Below the pieces are notes generated by a model. That model was not told where the DNA came from and ran no database searches. It worked only from the letters and a program-made list of their open reading frames with translations. From positions 18,538,001-18,602,000 of the forward strand of contig CAIIXF020000001.1 in the NCBI GenBank assembly GCA_903813345.2: a stretch of DNA of 64,000 nucleotides. Direction: 5' to 3'. The position numbers and the translations under genes were made by a program. This stretch comes from Owenia fusiformis. Lineage: Eukaryota. This document shows, one piece after another, positions 39,811 to 50,900 of this stretch (positions are counted from its first letter, which is position 1; each line of letters starts with the position of its first letter).

Positions 39811-40710
39811 GTAATAAATTCAATTTGATTTATAGGCCCAGTGGTCTTTATTTAGATCTATTTTGATTTTTGTTTATTTTTTCAACTTTTGAATTGAGGA
39901 CAGTGAAGTGTATGAATATGATACAGATCCGGAGCCAGATCCAGCCCCTATTGGTAGGATAAATGGGAAGATAAGCCACGAGCCAAAAATGCTACATCAA
40001 AAAAATGACCACCCAAAAATATGACCCTCGTACCATGGGCTTTCAATTAGAAGGGTATGCAACTCTGTGTAATAACATGAGACCATCAAAATGAACAGTG
40101 CCATGCTTCCCTTTTATGGTAATATTTCAAAAATTATTAGATAAATATATATGTTTTGGTATTATTTTGAATAAAAATCAATTTTCAATACGATTAGAGC
40201 ATAAAATATATTGTAACAAAATTTTGATTTTAAATTTTTTGATTTAAGTGCTTCACAGTTGAGATTATTAAGATCTTTGATTGTAGTATCGATTAAAGCA
40301 CTTTATTTGTACTTACAGAGGTGTTAGCAACTTTTTATTTTATCGAGTTCAGATTTGGTTAATGTTGATCGGGTAGTTTTACCAGTGACTATGGTTACGG
40401 TTGATCGAGAACTCTCGACTATCATTTTACAGAAATTATCACTTCCTGCTTTCAATTCGATCAAATCGAAGTGTAATTAGACTAGATAGCGATCATTTAT
40501 GGTTATATTTATTGAGTTTATACTATAATCTTGTTGATTATGTACCAAACATGTATTGATATTGGGTGTAAAAGCCGAGATCGTGATTTGTAAGTGAAGC
40601 CAGTTATTTTTACGAAACTAATATCCTGATTCAGTGATTACATCCGGTGACGAGGTATTGCATCAGCCCACTAATCACTTGTTAGGTTCGTGTGCAAAAC
40701 CTGTCTGGGG

Positions 40711-40745
40711 TATAAATACAGAGCCCGGATCGCTCCTATCAGACA
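40711..40745 (+). promoter_or_regulatory. putative LTR core promoter (TATA + Inr)
   Basis: TATAAATA at 40711-40718 and Inr-like TCAGAC at 40739-40744, with canonical spacing. Copy at 48454 in the 3' LTR. Confidence 0.6.
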
Positions 40746-40819
40746 CGTAGGCAACTTTTGATTGGAACACATCTCCCGTGCCAGTGTTTCATTTGAGGAT
40801 TGATGAGAAACTTAGAAGA

Positions 40820-42280
40820 TTTGCTGGATCGAGGAACTTTGTCATTTCCAGACATAGTTTAGAATATTCCAGCCTGTTTGAAGAAATACTGCTGGATCGA
40901 GGAACTTTGTCATTTCCAGACATAGTCTAGATAACTCCAGCCTGATTGAAGCAACTTTGCTGGATTGAGAAACTCTGTCATTTCCCGACATAGTTTATAC
41001 AATATTCCAGCCTGACTGAAGTAATACTGCTGAACCGAGAAACTTTGTCATTTCCAGGCAAAGTTTTAGAATATTTCAGCCCGATTGAAGAATTACCGCT
41101 GGACCGAGGAACTTTGTCAATTCCAGGCATAGTTTAGAATATTCCAGCCCGTTTGATGAAATACTGCTGAACCGAGAAACTTTGTCATTTCCAGGCAAAG
41201 TTTTAGAATATTTCAGCCCGATTGAAGAATTACTGCTGGACCGAGAAACTTTGTCATTACCAGACTTAGTTTACAGTATTCCAGCCTGATTGAGAAGGAG
41301 TGCTATAAACTTGTATTTTCAGGTGTTATTAAGTAACTTTTGTTTTTCTATTGTTAACTTGAGAAACTTTGCCATTTTTCGAAATCAATTGTTAACTTGA
41401 GAAACTTTGCCATTTTCGAGATCAAGAAACTTATTAAGCAATTAATGTTTTTCTATTGTTAACTTGAGAAACTTTGCCATTTTTGAGATCGAGAAACTTA
41501 CATTATTCTTTTCATAATTTAGCTAACTTGAGAAACTTAGCCATTTTTTTAGATCGATTATTTTTCATCAATTTGTTGACTGAAGAAATACTGCTGGACT
41601 GAGGAACTTTGCCATTTCCAGACAAAGTTCATAATATTAAAGCCTGATTGAAGAACTTTTCTGGATTGAGGAATATTCCAGCCTACTGAAGAAATACGGC
41701 TGGATTGAGGAACTTTGTCACTTCTAGGCATAGTTCATAATATTCCAGCCTGACGGAAGAAATACAGCTGGATTGAGAAACTCTGTCCTTTCCCGACATA
41801 GTTTATACAATATTCCAGCCTGACTGAAGAAATACTGCTTGACTGAGGAACTTTGCCATTTCCAGACAAAGTTCATAATATTCCAGTCTGACTGAAGAAA
41901 TACAGCTGGACTGAGAAACTCTGTCATTTCTCGACATAGTTGATACAACTCCAGCCTGTTTGAAGGACTCTGTTGGATTGAGGAATATTCCAGCCTGATT
42001 GAGGAAGTACAGCTGGATTGAGAAACTCTGTCCTTTCCCGACATAGTTTATACAATATTCCAGCCTGACTGAAGAAATACTGCTTGACTGAGGAACTTTG
42101 CCATTTCCAGACAAAGTTCATAATATTCCAGTCTGACTGAAGAAATACAGCTGATTGAGAAACTTGGTCACTTCCCGACATAGTTTATACAATATTCCAG
42201 CCTGATTGAGGAAATACAGCTGGACTGAGAAACTCTGTCATTTCCCGACATTGTTTATATAACTCAAGCCTGATTGAGAA
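40820..42280 (+). repeat. array of ~68-bp stem-loop units inside the LTR (copy at ~48563-50023)
   Basis: About 16 units GCTGGA-N5-RAACTYTGTC-ATTTCCM-GACAWAGTTY-N8/9-TCCAGC, interrupted by shorter TTGAGAAACTTTGCCATTTT repeats at ~41350-41570. Confidence 0.9.
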
Positions 42281-42360
42281 TAAGTACCAGAAACTTAGCT
42301 CATTTGGAGGAGCTGTTGAGGAACTTGGAATATTTTCACTCAACCTGAATGACATATTAT

Positions 42361-44180
42361 GGAAACTAAGTACGAGACACTTAGTTTATTTAGGAGCTAC
42401 TGGGAATCTTAGGCAGATTCCACATATTGAGGAACCTAGAGGATCTTCATCGCTGTTGCCTGTTGGGGAAGTTGAATAGTGTCACCCCCAACTTGGATGG
42501 CTTTGTTGGAAACTAAGTACGAGACACTTAGTTTATTTAGGAACTACTGGGAATCTTAGGCAGATTCCACATATTGAGGAACTTAAAGGATCTTCATCGA
42601 TTTAGAAGCTACTGGGAATCTTAGGCAGATTCCACATATTGAGGAACTTAAAGGATCTTCATCGATTTAGGAGCTACTGGGAATCTTAGGCAGATTCCAC
42701 ATATTGAAGAACTTAGAGGATCTTCATCGATTTAGGAGCTACTGGGAATCTTAGGCAGATTCCACATATTGAAGAACTTAGAGGATCTTCATCGATTTAG
42801 GAGCTACTGGGAATCTTAGGCAGATTCCACATATTGAAGAACTTAGAGGATCTTCATCGATTTAGGAGCTACTGGGAATCTTAGGCAGATTCCACATATT
42901 GAAGAACTTAGAGGATCTTCATCGATTTAGGAGCTACTGGGAATCTTAGGCAGATTCCACATATTGAGGAACCTAGAGGATCTTCATCGATTTAGGAGCT
43001 ACTGGGAATCTTAGGCAGATTCCACATATTGAAGAACTTAGAGGATCTTCATCGATTTAGGAGCTACTGGGAATCTTAGGCAGATTCCACATATTGAAGA
43101 ACTTAGAGGATCTTCATCGATTTAGGAGCTACTGGGAATCTTAGGCAGATTCCACATATTGAAGAACTTAGAGGATCTTCATCGATTTAGGAGCTACTGG
43201 GAATCTTAGGCAGATTCCACATATTGAAGAACTTAGAGGATCTTCATCGATTTAGGAGCTACTGGGAATCTTAGGCAGATTCCACATATTGAAGAACTTA
43301 GAGGATCTTCATCGATTTAGGAGCTACTGGGAATCTTAGGCAGATTCCACATATTGAAGAACTTAGAGGATCTTCATCGATTTAGGAGCTACTGGGAATC
43401 TTAGGCAGATTCCACATATTGAAGAACTTAGAGGATCTTCATCGATTTAGGAGCTACTGGGAATCTTAGGCAGATTCCACATATTGAAGAACTTAGAGGA
43501 TCTTCATCGATTTAGGAGCTACTGGGAATCTTAGGCAGATTCCACATATTGAAGAACTTAGAGGATCTTCATCGATTTAGGAGCTACTGGGAATCTTAGG
43601 CAGATTCCACATATTGAAGAACTTAGAGGATCTTCATCGATTTAGGAGCTACTGGGAATCTTAGGCAGATTCCACATATTGAGGAACTTAGAGGATCTTC
43701 ATCGATGTTGCCTGTTGGGGATGTTGAATAGTGTCACCCCCGACCTGGATGACTTTGTTGGAAACTAAGTACGAGACACTTAGTTTATTTAGGAACTACT
43801 GGGAATCTTAGGCAGATTCCACATATTGAGGAACTTAAAGGATCTTCATCGATTTAGGAGCTACTGGGAATCTTAGGCAGATTCCACATATTGAGGAACT
43901 TAGAGGATCTTCATCGATTTAGGAGCTACTGGGAATCTTAGGCAGATTCCACATATTGAGGAACTTAGAGGATCTTCATCGATTTAGGAGCTACTGGGAA
44001 TCTTCGGCAGATTCCACATATTGAGGAACTTAAAGGATCTTCATCGATGTTGCCTGTTGGGGACGTTGAATAGTGTCACCCCCGACCTGGATGACTTTGA
44101 TGGAAACTAAGTACGAGACACTTAGTTTATTTGGGAACTACTGGGAATCTTGGGTAGATTCCACATATTGAGGAACTTTG
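42361..44180 (+). repeat. 65-bp tandem array inside the LTR (copy at ~50104-51923)
   Basis: Unit TTAGGAGCTACTGGGAATCTTAGGCAGATTCCACATATTGARGAACTTAGAGGATCTTCATCGAT in blocks of 1 + 18 + 4 + a partial unit, separated by three copies of an ~82-bp module. Confidence 0.95.
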
Positions 44181-44686
44181 GCATTTCCAGACTTAGTTTA
44201 TATAACTCCAGCCTGATTGAGGAACTAAGTTGATTCCAGACTTAGTTATTTTATTTCAGGCCAGCTTGAGATTTGCCTCCATTGAGAGACTGTTATTCCA
44301 AGGCATAATCACTGAAGCTGTAATGAGAGACTGTTATTCCCAGATTTATACCTAGCTGAATTGAATAAGTCCAGAGCTCAAGAGACAATTGAAAGTACAA
44401 GTATTTTCGTATAGAGGACTCTAATATTAGTGCTTCGAAAACTATCATCGCATATAAAGGACTTTAACCTTAGTGCCTCAGTAACTGAAGTAAAGCAAAT
44501 ACATCGATTTTCATGTATTATTTTGACGGGCTAAAACGCCACAATATATGTGTTATTGTATTTAATTGTATATAAGTTGTTATGTACAGATTTCCCACGT
44601 GTATATTTAACGTATACCCTGAGACCCACAGTGACACAGTCTATTAAACAACATCCACACTACCATAATTAGGCTGAATGTTACAC

Positions 44687-44704
44687 TGGTGGCAGTGGTG
44701 GGAT
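44687..44704 (+). other. primer-binding site complementary to tRNA-Leu 3' end
   Basis: TGGTGGCAGTGGTGGGAT, 1 nt after the LTR end. It is the reverse complement of ATCCCACCACTGCCACCA, as recalled for metazoan tRNA-Leu (TAG/AAG). Confidence 0.85.
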
Positions 44705-44742
44705 AACGTGTGAAATCTTATATTGCATATTATACGCCTGAA

Positions 44743-47649
44743 ATGGAGCAAGATTCCAATTTGCCACCTCCTCCGGATGTAGAGGGTGTAGGAGATGGTG
44801 ACCTTGAAAAAAACGTGTTTTTCAAGAACGACGCAATGGAAATTGACAATCCAGGAGCAGCTGATGCAACTGTACAGGAAATGAGGGATACTGATACACA
44901 GAGTGATACTTTGGGAAATGTCACTCATTCGGAAGGAGCTAGACCCAAAACTCCAGAAACAGATGTTGAGAAGAGTGGATTACCCAGCTCATGGAGTACA
45001 GGGTATTGGACCGGAGGTGTAATGATAGATGCCAAAACTCCCTTTGAACCGAGTAATCAGAATGTCGGCAATCCTCCCCGAAGACCGAGATTTCCTTTAA
45101 CCTCTACTGCCCTAGGCAGGCCGGCAAGGAGTTTAAGAGAGGAGGACACACTGAGAAAAGATCTCACTATGGTTGAAAGCAAATTTGAGCAAAAGATGGA
45201 TATTTTTAGTGAGACTTTAGTTGCTCAACAACGACAGATGCAGAAAATAGCAGAGACCCAACAGAAATGTATGACTCAAGTTGTGGAAACCCAAAAGAAG
45301 TTGGTCATAGGACTAACAGAGTCTCAAAACACTCAAATACACAACATCAATCAAATTGCAGAACAAGTTCGTACTGGTCAGGATCATCAGGAGGCACAAT
45401 TACAGGGCATGAAGGGTCAGATGGAAAATTTCCAAAACGCCATGGAGAAATCAATCATCAACCAAATTCAGAGTAACATGCCTGTTGAGTTTCGTACTAC
45501 TCCAGGTAAGTCACAGACACTGGGGGATGTTAGTGGTCATTGTAGGTCTGAGACCAGAATTCAGAAGCCTGCAATATCGGTTAGAAGAGATCCTAACCAA
45601 ACAGAACGGATGCAACCCATCAGTATGTCTAGAGCCAGTTCCACTTCAGGTGTGAAAAGGCCCTGGAGGTTGCTTCGGCAAGACCGGTTTTGCCAGAGAC
45701 CTGATGCAGAACTGCCGCCAGATAATGCAGCAGATTATGATCACCAACCTAAAGATAGAGGGTTAGGTCCGATAGACTGGCTGGAGAGGGGACATGGTGG
45801 TGACATCCCGACTCATCACTTACCTCAGTATCAAGAAGAACTTGATGATGTCCCGGAGGATATATCGATGAAGGAAACTTCGAGTCCAAAGCGCCATAAC
45901 ACTATAGAAAGGCCTGAGAAGATGGAGAACGTTAATGATTCTCATCTCTCAACAGAGCTTATTAAGATGTGCTCTCAGTTGTGTGCTAAACTCTCCAAAG
46001 AGACTCCTGGAACTTCTAGCAAGAGCAGAATCAAACCTGATGTGTATAACGGGAATACACCATGGCAAGACTATAGGGCTTATTTTGAGATCTGCGGGGA
46101 AGCTAATAAATGGTCTGAGGAAGATAAGAGGCAGTTTCTAGCCACCAGTCTTCGAGGCCCTGCCCAGCAAATGGTATTAGAGATGGGACAAGATTATACC
46201 TATGATCAGCTCCTTTTAGCCCTAGAGAAGCGATTCGGTCCTGGTGGAAAGGCCGAGGTCTACGAGGCCGAGCTAGTTGGGCGAATCCGAAAGCCCAAAG
46301 AGACTCTACAGACATTGGGCCAGGATATAAGACGTCTCACCGCTTTGGCCTATCCAGAAATGAGCCGTGCGGCCCAAGATCGTCTGGCTAGACGGAGTTT
46401 TGAGCAGGCCATTTTAGAGGAGGAGATCAGGAGGGCTATCCATGCCAAGGAGTGTAATACTCTCGATAAGGCCATCGAAGTTGCGCTTAAAGAAGAGTCC
46501 TATATAGAATCAGAACGAATAAGGAAAGGCCAAAAACCAAAGTTAAGAGTATACGCCATTGATACCGAGGAAGAGTACTGCAACTCTATAAGTACTCCTG
46601 ATAATAAGGAAGATGTGTTTCAGAAGATGGCTCAAATGGTCAAACAAATGCAACAAGCTGTGCAAGAAACGTGCACCAGGAACTTGGAGAAAATGGTTGA
46701 CCTGATAAAGTTAACCAAATCGGATTCTACAAATAGTGTGAATATGAACATTAAACCAAAATGTTTCTATTGTCACAAACCTGGACACCGGATCGCTGAT
46801 TGTTATTCAAGGAAGCGTGCCGAAGAGCGAGATAAAGCAGCACAAGAGAGATCTAGCCAGATTGCTACCGTTGAATTTCTATCTCTGCAGGGAAATGGTG
46901 TTCAGTCTTCCAAGGACACTCAGAAGATAGTGGCACATGGCATAGTTTGCGACACCAATGTTTCATTTTTAGTTGACTCTGGAGCCGCTAGCACAATCAT
47001 GAGTTCAACGGTCTACCAGAATATACCTAAACGCAAAAGGCCCCAGCTTAAGCCACCTAAGAAGACCATTTTGCAAGCAGGTGGGCAACTCTTGCATATG
47101 GAGGGTGTTATACCAGTTAGCTTGAAAATTGACGGGCATGTACAGAACTTGGAGGTGGTCGTGGCTGATATTCACTTTGAGGGAATTTTGGGCACAGACT
47201 TCCTAGCTGCCTCTGGAGCTGTATTGAACTATCGTGAGTGTAAAATGACTTTTGAACCAGAGAATCCGGGAAGTTTTGATGATCACCAAGTAGACTCAGG
47301 AATGCCTAAAGATGGAGAGAGTGAAGTAAAACACAGACAGGGAGGTCGACGTGAAAAATTAAGGCTGAGAAACAGATCACCACAACCCAAGAGGACAGCT
47401 GCAGATCGAACTGATTTTTCCCGCTTCAGAGGGCAGAGGCGTGACATGGACAAGAGATTTTGTAAAGTGTCTGGACAAAGTGAAGACTTCTACCATAGAA
47501 TTCCTAGTCAGGATGATGACAAGAGAACGTCTCCAGTTAAAGTGCCTCTAGCCAAAGTTTACAGAGGGAGATATTTGAGGACTCACCCTGGACGTGACAT
47601 ATATGATGATTGGAGGGATCGTTGTTATTCCCCTACAGTGAAGCCCTAA
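44743..47649 (+). CDS. retrotransposon Gag-aspartic protease polyprotein (no RT/RNase H/integrase)
   Basis: Intact ORF (track 44710-47649 from GTG; first ATG 44743). Coiled-coil-like N-region; capsid-like KPDVYNGNTPWQDYRAYFE...WSEEDKRQFLATSLRGPA; CCHC knuckle CFYCHKPGHRIADC (46762-46803); protease FLVDSGA...GILGTDFL; then a basic tail and stop ~300 bp before the 3' LTR. Confidence 0.92.
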   Translation: MEQDSNLPPPPDVEGVGDGDLEKNVFFKNDAMEIDNPGAADATVQEMRDTDTQSDTLGNVTHSEGARPKTPETDVEKSGLPSSWSTGYWTGGVMIDAKTPFEPSNQNVGNPPRRPRFPLTSTALGRPARSLREEDTLRKDLTMVESKFEQKMDIFSETLVAQQRQMQKIAETQQKCMTQVVETQKKLVIGLTESQNTQIHNINQIAEQVRTGQDHQEAQLQGMKGQMENFQNAMEKSIINQIQSNMPVEFRTTPGKSQTLGDVSGHCRSETRIQKPAISVRRDPNQTERMQPISMSRASSTSGVKRPWRLLRQDRFCQRPDAELPPDNAADYDHQPKDRGLGPIDWLERGHGGDIPTHHLPQYQEELDDVPEDISMKETSSPKRHNTIERPEKMENVNDSHLSTELIKMCSQLCAKLSKETPGTSSKSRIKPDVYNGNTPWQDYRAYFEICGEANKWSEEDKRQFLATSLRGPAQQMVLEMGQDYTYDQLLLALEKRFGPGGKAEVYEAELVGRIRKPKETLQTLGQDIRRLTALAYPEMSRAAQDRLARRSFEQAILEEEIRRAIHAKECNTLDKAIEVALKEESYIESERIRKGQKPKLRVYAIDTEEEYCNSISTPDNKEDVFQKMAQMVKQMQQAVQETCTRNLEKMVDLIKLTKSDSTNSVNMNIKPKCFYCHKPGHRIADCYSRKRAEERDKAAQERSSQIATVEFLSLQGNGVQSSKDTQKIVAHGIVCDTNVSFLVDSGAASTIMSSTVYQNIPKRKRPQLKPPKKTILQAGGQLLHMEGVIPVSLKIDGHVQNLEVVVADIHFEGILGTDFLAASGAVLNYRECKMTFEPENPGSFDDHQVDSGMPKDGESEVKHRQGGRREKLRLRNRSPQPKRTAADRTDFSRFRGQRRDMDKRFCKVSGQSEDFYHRIPSQDDDKRTSPVKVPLAKVYRGRYLRTHPGRDIYDDWRDRCYSPTVKP

Positions 47650-47942
47650 CTTGAGAGTTGACATTTAGCATGAGTATAATTTTATATTCATACCTAACAT
47701 TTAGCTGAGAGTTGTGAAAAGTTATTAATGTACACAGAGTTAGACATTCAAATAGTTAGATATCTAGTGTTAGGGTTTGAGATAAGCCAGAGTTTAGAAT
47801 ATTCATTGTACATTGTATTGAAAGCTAGTTAACCTCGAGGTTAGAAAATTGTAAGATTGTATTTTGTAGGATAGCTAAGATAGCAAAATTTTGTTATTTT
47901 TTTATTGTACTTTGGCTTGGTGTTGTTAACACCAAAATCATT

Positions 47943-47954
47943 GGATTGGAGGAG
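47943..47954 (+). other. polypurine tract (putative)
   Basis: GGATTGGAGGAG directly abutting the TGTAACA start of the 3' LTR. Confidence 0.6.
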
Positions 47955-50900
47955 TGTAACAAAATTTTGATTTTAAATTTTTTGATTTAAGTGCTTCACA
48001 GTTGAGATTATTAAGATCTTTGATTGTAGTATCGATTAAAGCACTTTATTTGTACTTACAGAGGTGTTAGCAACTTTTTATTTTATCGAGTTCAGATTTG
48101 GTTAATGTTGATCGGGTAGTTTTACCAGTGACTATGGTTACGGTTGATCGAGAACTCTCGACTATCATTTTACAGAAATTATCACTTCCTGCTTTCAATT
48201 CGATCAAATCGAAGTGTAATTAGACTAGATAGCGATCATTTATGGTTATATTTATTGAGTTTATACTATAATCTTGTTGATTATGTACCAAACATGTATT
48301 GATATTGGGTGTAAAAGCCGAGATCGTGATTTGTAAGTGAAGCCAGTTATTTTTACGAAACTAATATCCTGATTCAGTGATTACATCCGGTGACGAGGTA
48401 TTGCATCAGCCCACTAATCACTTGTTAGGTTCGTGTGCAAAACCTGTCTGGGGTATAAATACAGAGCCCGGATCGCTCCTATCAGACACGTAGGCAACTT
48501 TTGATTGGAACACATCTCCCGTGCCAGTGTTTCATTTGAGGATTGATGAGAAACTTAGAAGATTTGCTGGATCGAGGAACTTTGTCATTTCCAGACATAG
48601 TTTAGAATATTCCAGCCTGTTTGAAGAAATACTGCTGGATCGAGGAACTTTGTCATTTCCAGACATAGTCTAGATAACTCCAGCCTGATTGAAGCAACTT
48701 TGCTGGATTGAGAAACTCTGTCATTTCCCGACATAGTTTATACAATATTCCAGCCTGACTGAAGTAATACTGCTGAACCGAGAAACTTTGTCATTTCCAG
48801 GCAAAGTTTTAGAATATTTCAGCCCGATTGAAGAATTACCGCTGGACCGAGGAACTTTGTCAATTCCAGGCATAGTTTAGAATATTCCAGCCCGTTTGAT
48901 GAAATACTGCTGAACCGAGAAACTTTGTCATTTCCAGGCAAAGTTTTAGAATATTTCAGCCCGATTGAAGAATTACTGCTGGACCGAGAAACTTTGTCAT
49001 TACCAGACTTAGTTTACAGTATTCCAGCCTGATTGAGAAGGAGTGCTATAAACTTGTATTTTCAGGTGTTATTAAGTAACTTTTGTTTTTCTATTGTTAA
49101 CTTGAGAAACTTTGCCATTTTTCGAAATCAATTGTTAACTTGAGAAACTTTGCCATTTTCGAGATCAAGAAACTTATTAAGCAATTAATGTTTTTCTATT
49201 GTTAACTTGAGAAACTTTGCCATTTTTGAGATCGAGAAACTTACATTATTCTTTTCATAATTTAGCTAACTTGAGAAACTTAGCCATTTTTTTAGATCGA
49301 TTATTTTTCATCAATTTGTTGACTGAAGAAATACTGCTGGACTGAGGAACTTTGCCATTTCCAGACAAAGTTCATAATATTAAAGCCTGATTGAAGAACT
49401 TTTCTGGATTGAGGAATATTCCAGCCTACTGAAGAAATACGGCTGGATTGAGGAACTTTGTCACTTCTAGGCATAGTTCATAATATTCCAGCCTGACGGA
49501 AGAAATACAGCTGGATTGAGAAACTCTGTCCTTTCCCGACATAGTTTATACAATATTCCAGCCTGACTGAAGAAATACTGCTTGACTGAGGAACTTTGCC
49601 ATTTCCAGACAAAGTTCATAATATTCCAGTCTGACTGAAGAAATACAGCTGGACTGAGAAACTCTGTCATTTCTCGACATAGTTGATACAACTCCAGCCT
49701 GTTTGAAGGACTCTGTTGGATTGAGGAATATTCCAGCCTGATTGAGGAAGTACAGCTGGATTGAGAAACTCTGTCCTTTCCCGACATAGTTTATACAATA
49801 TTCCAGCCTGACTGAAGAAATACTGCTTGACTGAGGAACTTTGCCATTTCCAGACAAAGTTCATAATATTCCAGTCTGACTGAAGAAATACAGCTGATTG
49901 AGAAACTTGGTCACTTCCCGACATAGTTTATACAATATTCCAGCCTGATTGAGGAAATACAGCTGGACTGAGAAACTCTGTCATTTCCCGACATTGTTTA
50001 TATAACTCAAGCCTGATTGAGAATAAGTACCAGAAACTTAGCTCATTTGGAGGAGCTGTTGAGGAACTTGGAATATTTTCACTCAACCTGAATGACATAT
50101 TATGGAAACTAAGTACGAGACACTTAGTTTATTTAGGAGCTACTGGGAATCTTAGGCAGATTCCACATATTGAGGAACCTAGAGGATCTTCATCGCTGTT
50201 GCCTGTTGGGGAAGTTGAATAGTGTCACCCCCAACTTGGATGGCTTTGTTGGAAACTAAGTACGAGACACTTAGTTTATTTAGGAACTACTGGGAATCTT
50301 AGGCAGATTCCACATATTGAGGAACTTAAAGGATCTTCATCGATTTAGAAGCTACTGGGAATCTTAGGCAGATTCCACATATTGAGGAACTTAAAGGATC
50401 TTCATCGATTTAGGAGCTACTGGGAATCTTAGGCAGATTCCACATATTGAAGAACTTAGAGGATCTTCATCGATTTAGGAGCTACTGGGAATCTTAGGCA
50501 GATTCCACATATTGAAGAACTTAGAGGATCTTCATCGATTTAGGAGCTACTGGGAATCTTAGGCAGATTCCACATATTGAAGAACTTAGAGGATCTTCAT
50601 CGATTTAGGAGCTACTGGGAATCTTAGGCAGATTCCACATATTGAAGAACTTAGAGGATCTTCATCGATTTAGGAGCTACTGGGAATCTTAGGCAGATTC
50701 CACATATTGAGGAACCTAGAGGATCTTCATCGATTTAGGAGCTACTGGGAATCTTAGGCAGATTCCACATATTGAAGAACTTAGAGGATCTTCATCGATT
50801 TAGGAGCTACTGGGAATCTTAGGCAGATTCCACATATTGAAGAACTTAGAGGATCTTCATCGATTTAGGAGCTACTGGGAATCTTAGGCAGATTCCACAT

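Larger units (their letters stand above)
40212..44685 (+). repeat. 5' LTR (4474 bp)
   Basis: Direct repeat of 47955-52428 at a constant offset of 7743; TG...CA ends; followed by the PBS. Confidence 0.95.

Noticed and set aside
41724-42181. Minus-strand ORFs of 85-106 aa in the LTR (duplicated at 49467-49924)
   Set aside because: They overlap in several frames and repeat the same peptides, so they are by-products of the 68-bp array.
40820-42280. Tandem hammerhead ribozymes (retrozyme-like), prompted by CTGA...GAAAC...GTT motifs
   Set aside because: I could not build a canonical CUGANGA core plus stem II; CTGA abuts GAAAC directly. An RNAMotif/Infernal search would settle it.
42361-44180. CRISPR-like array (regular repeats with internal palindrome)
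   Set aside because: The units are contiguous tandem copies with no unique spacers, there are no cas genes, and the context is a eukaryotic LTR.
44743-47649. Domesticated Gag gene (Arc/PNMA-like)
   Set aside because: It is flanked by intact identical LTRs, a PBS, a PPT and a TSD, so it is part of a recently inserted element.
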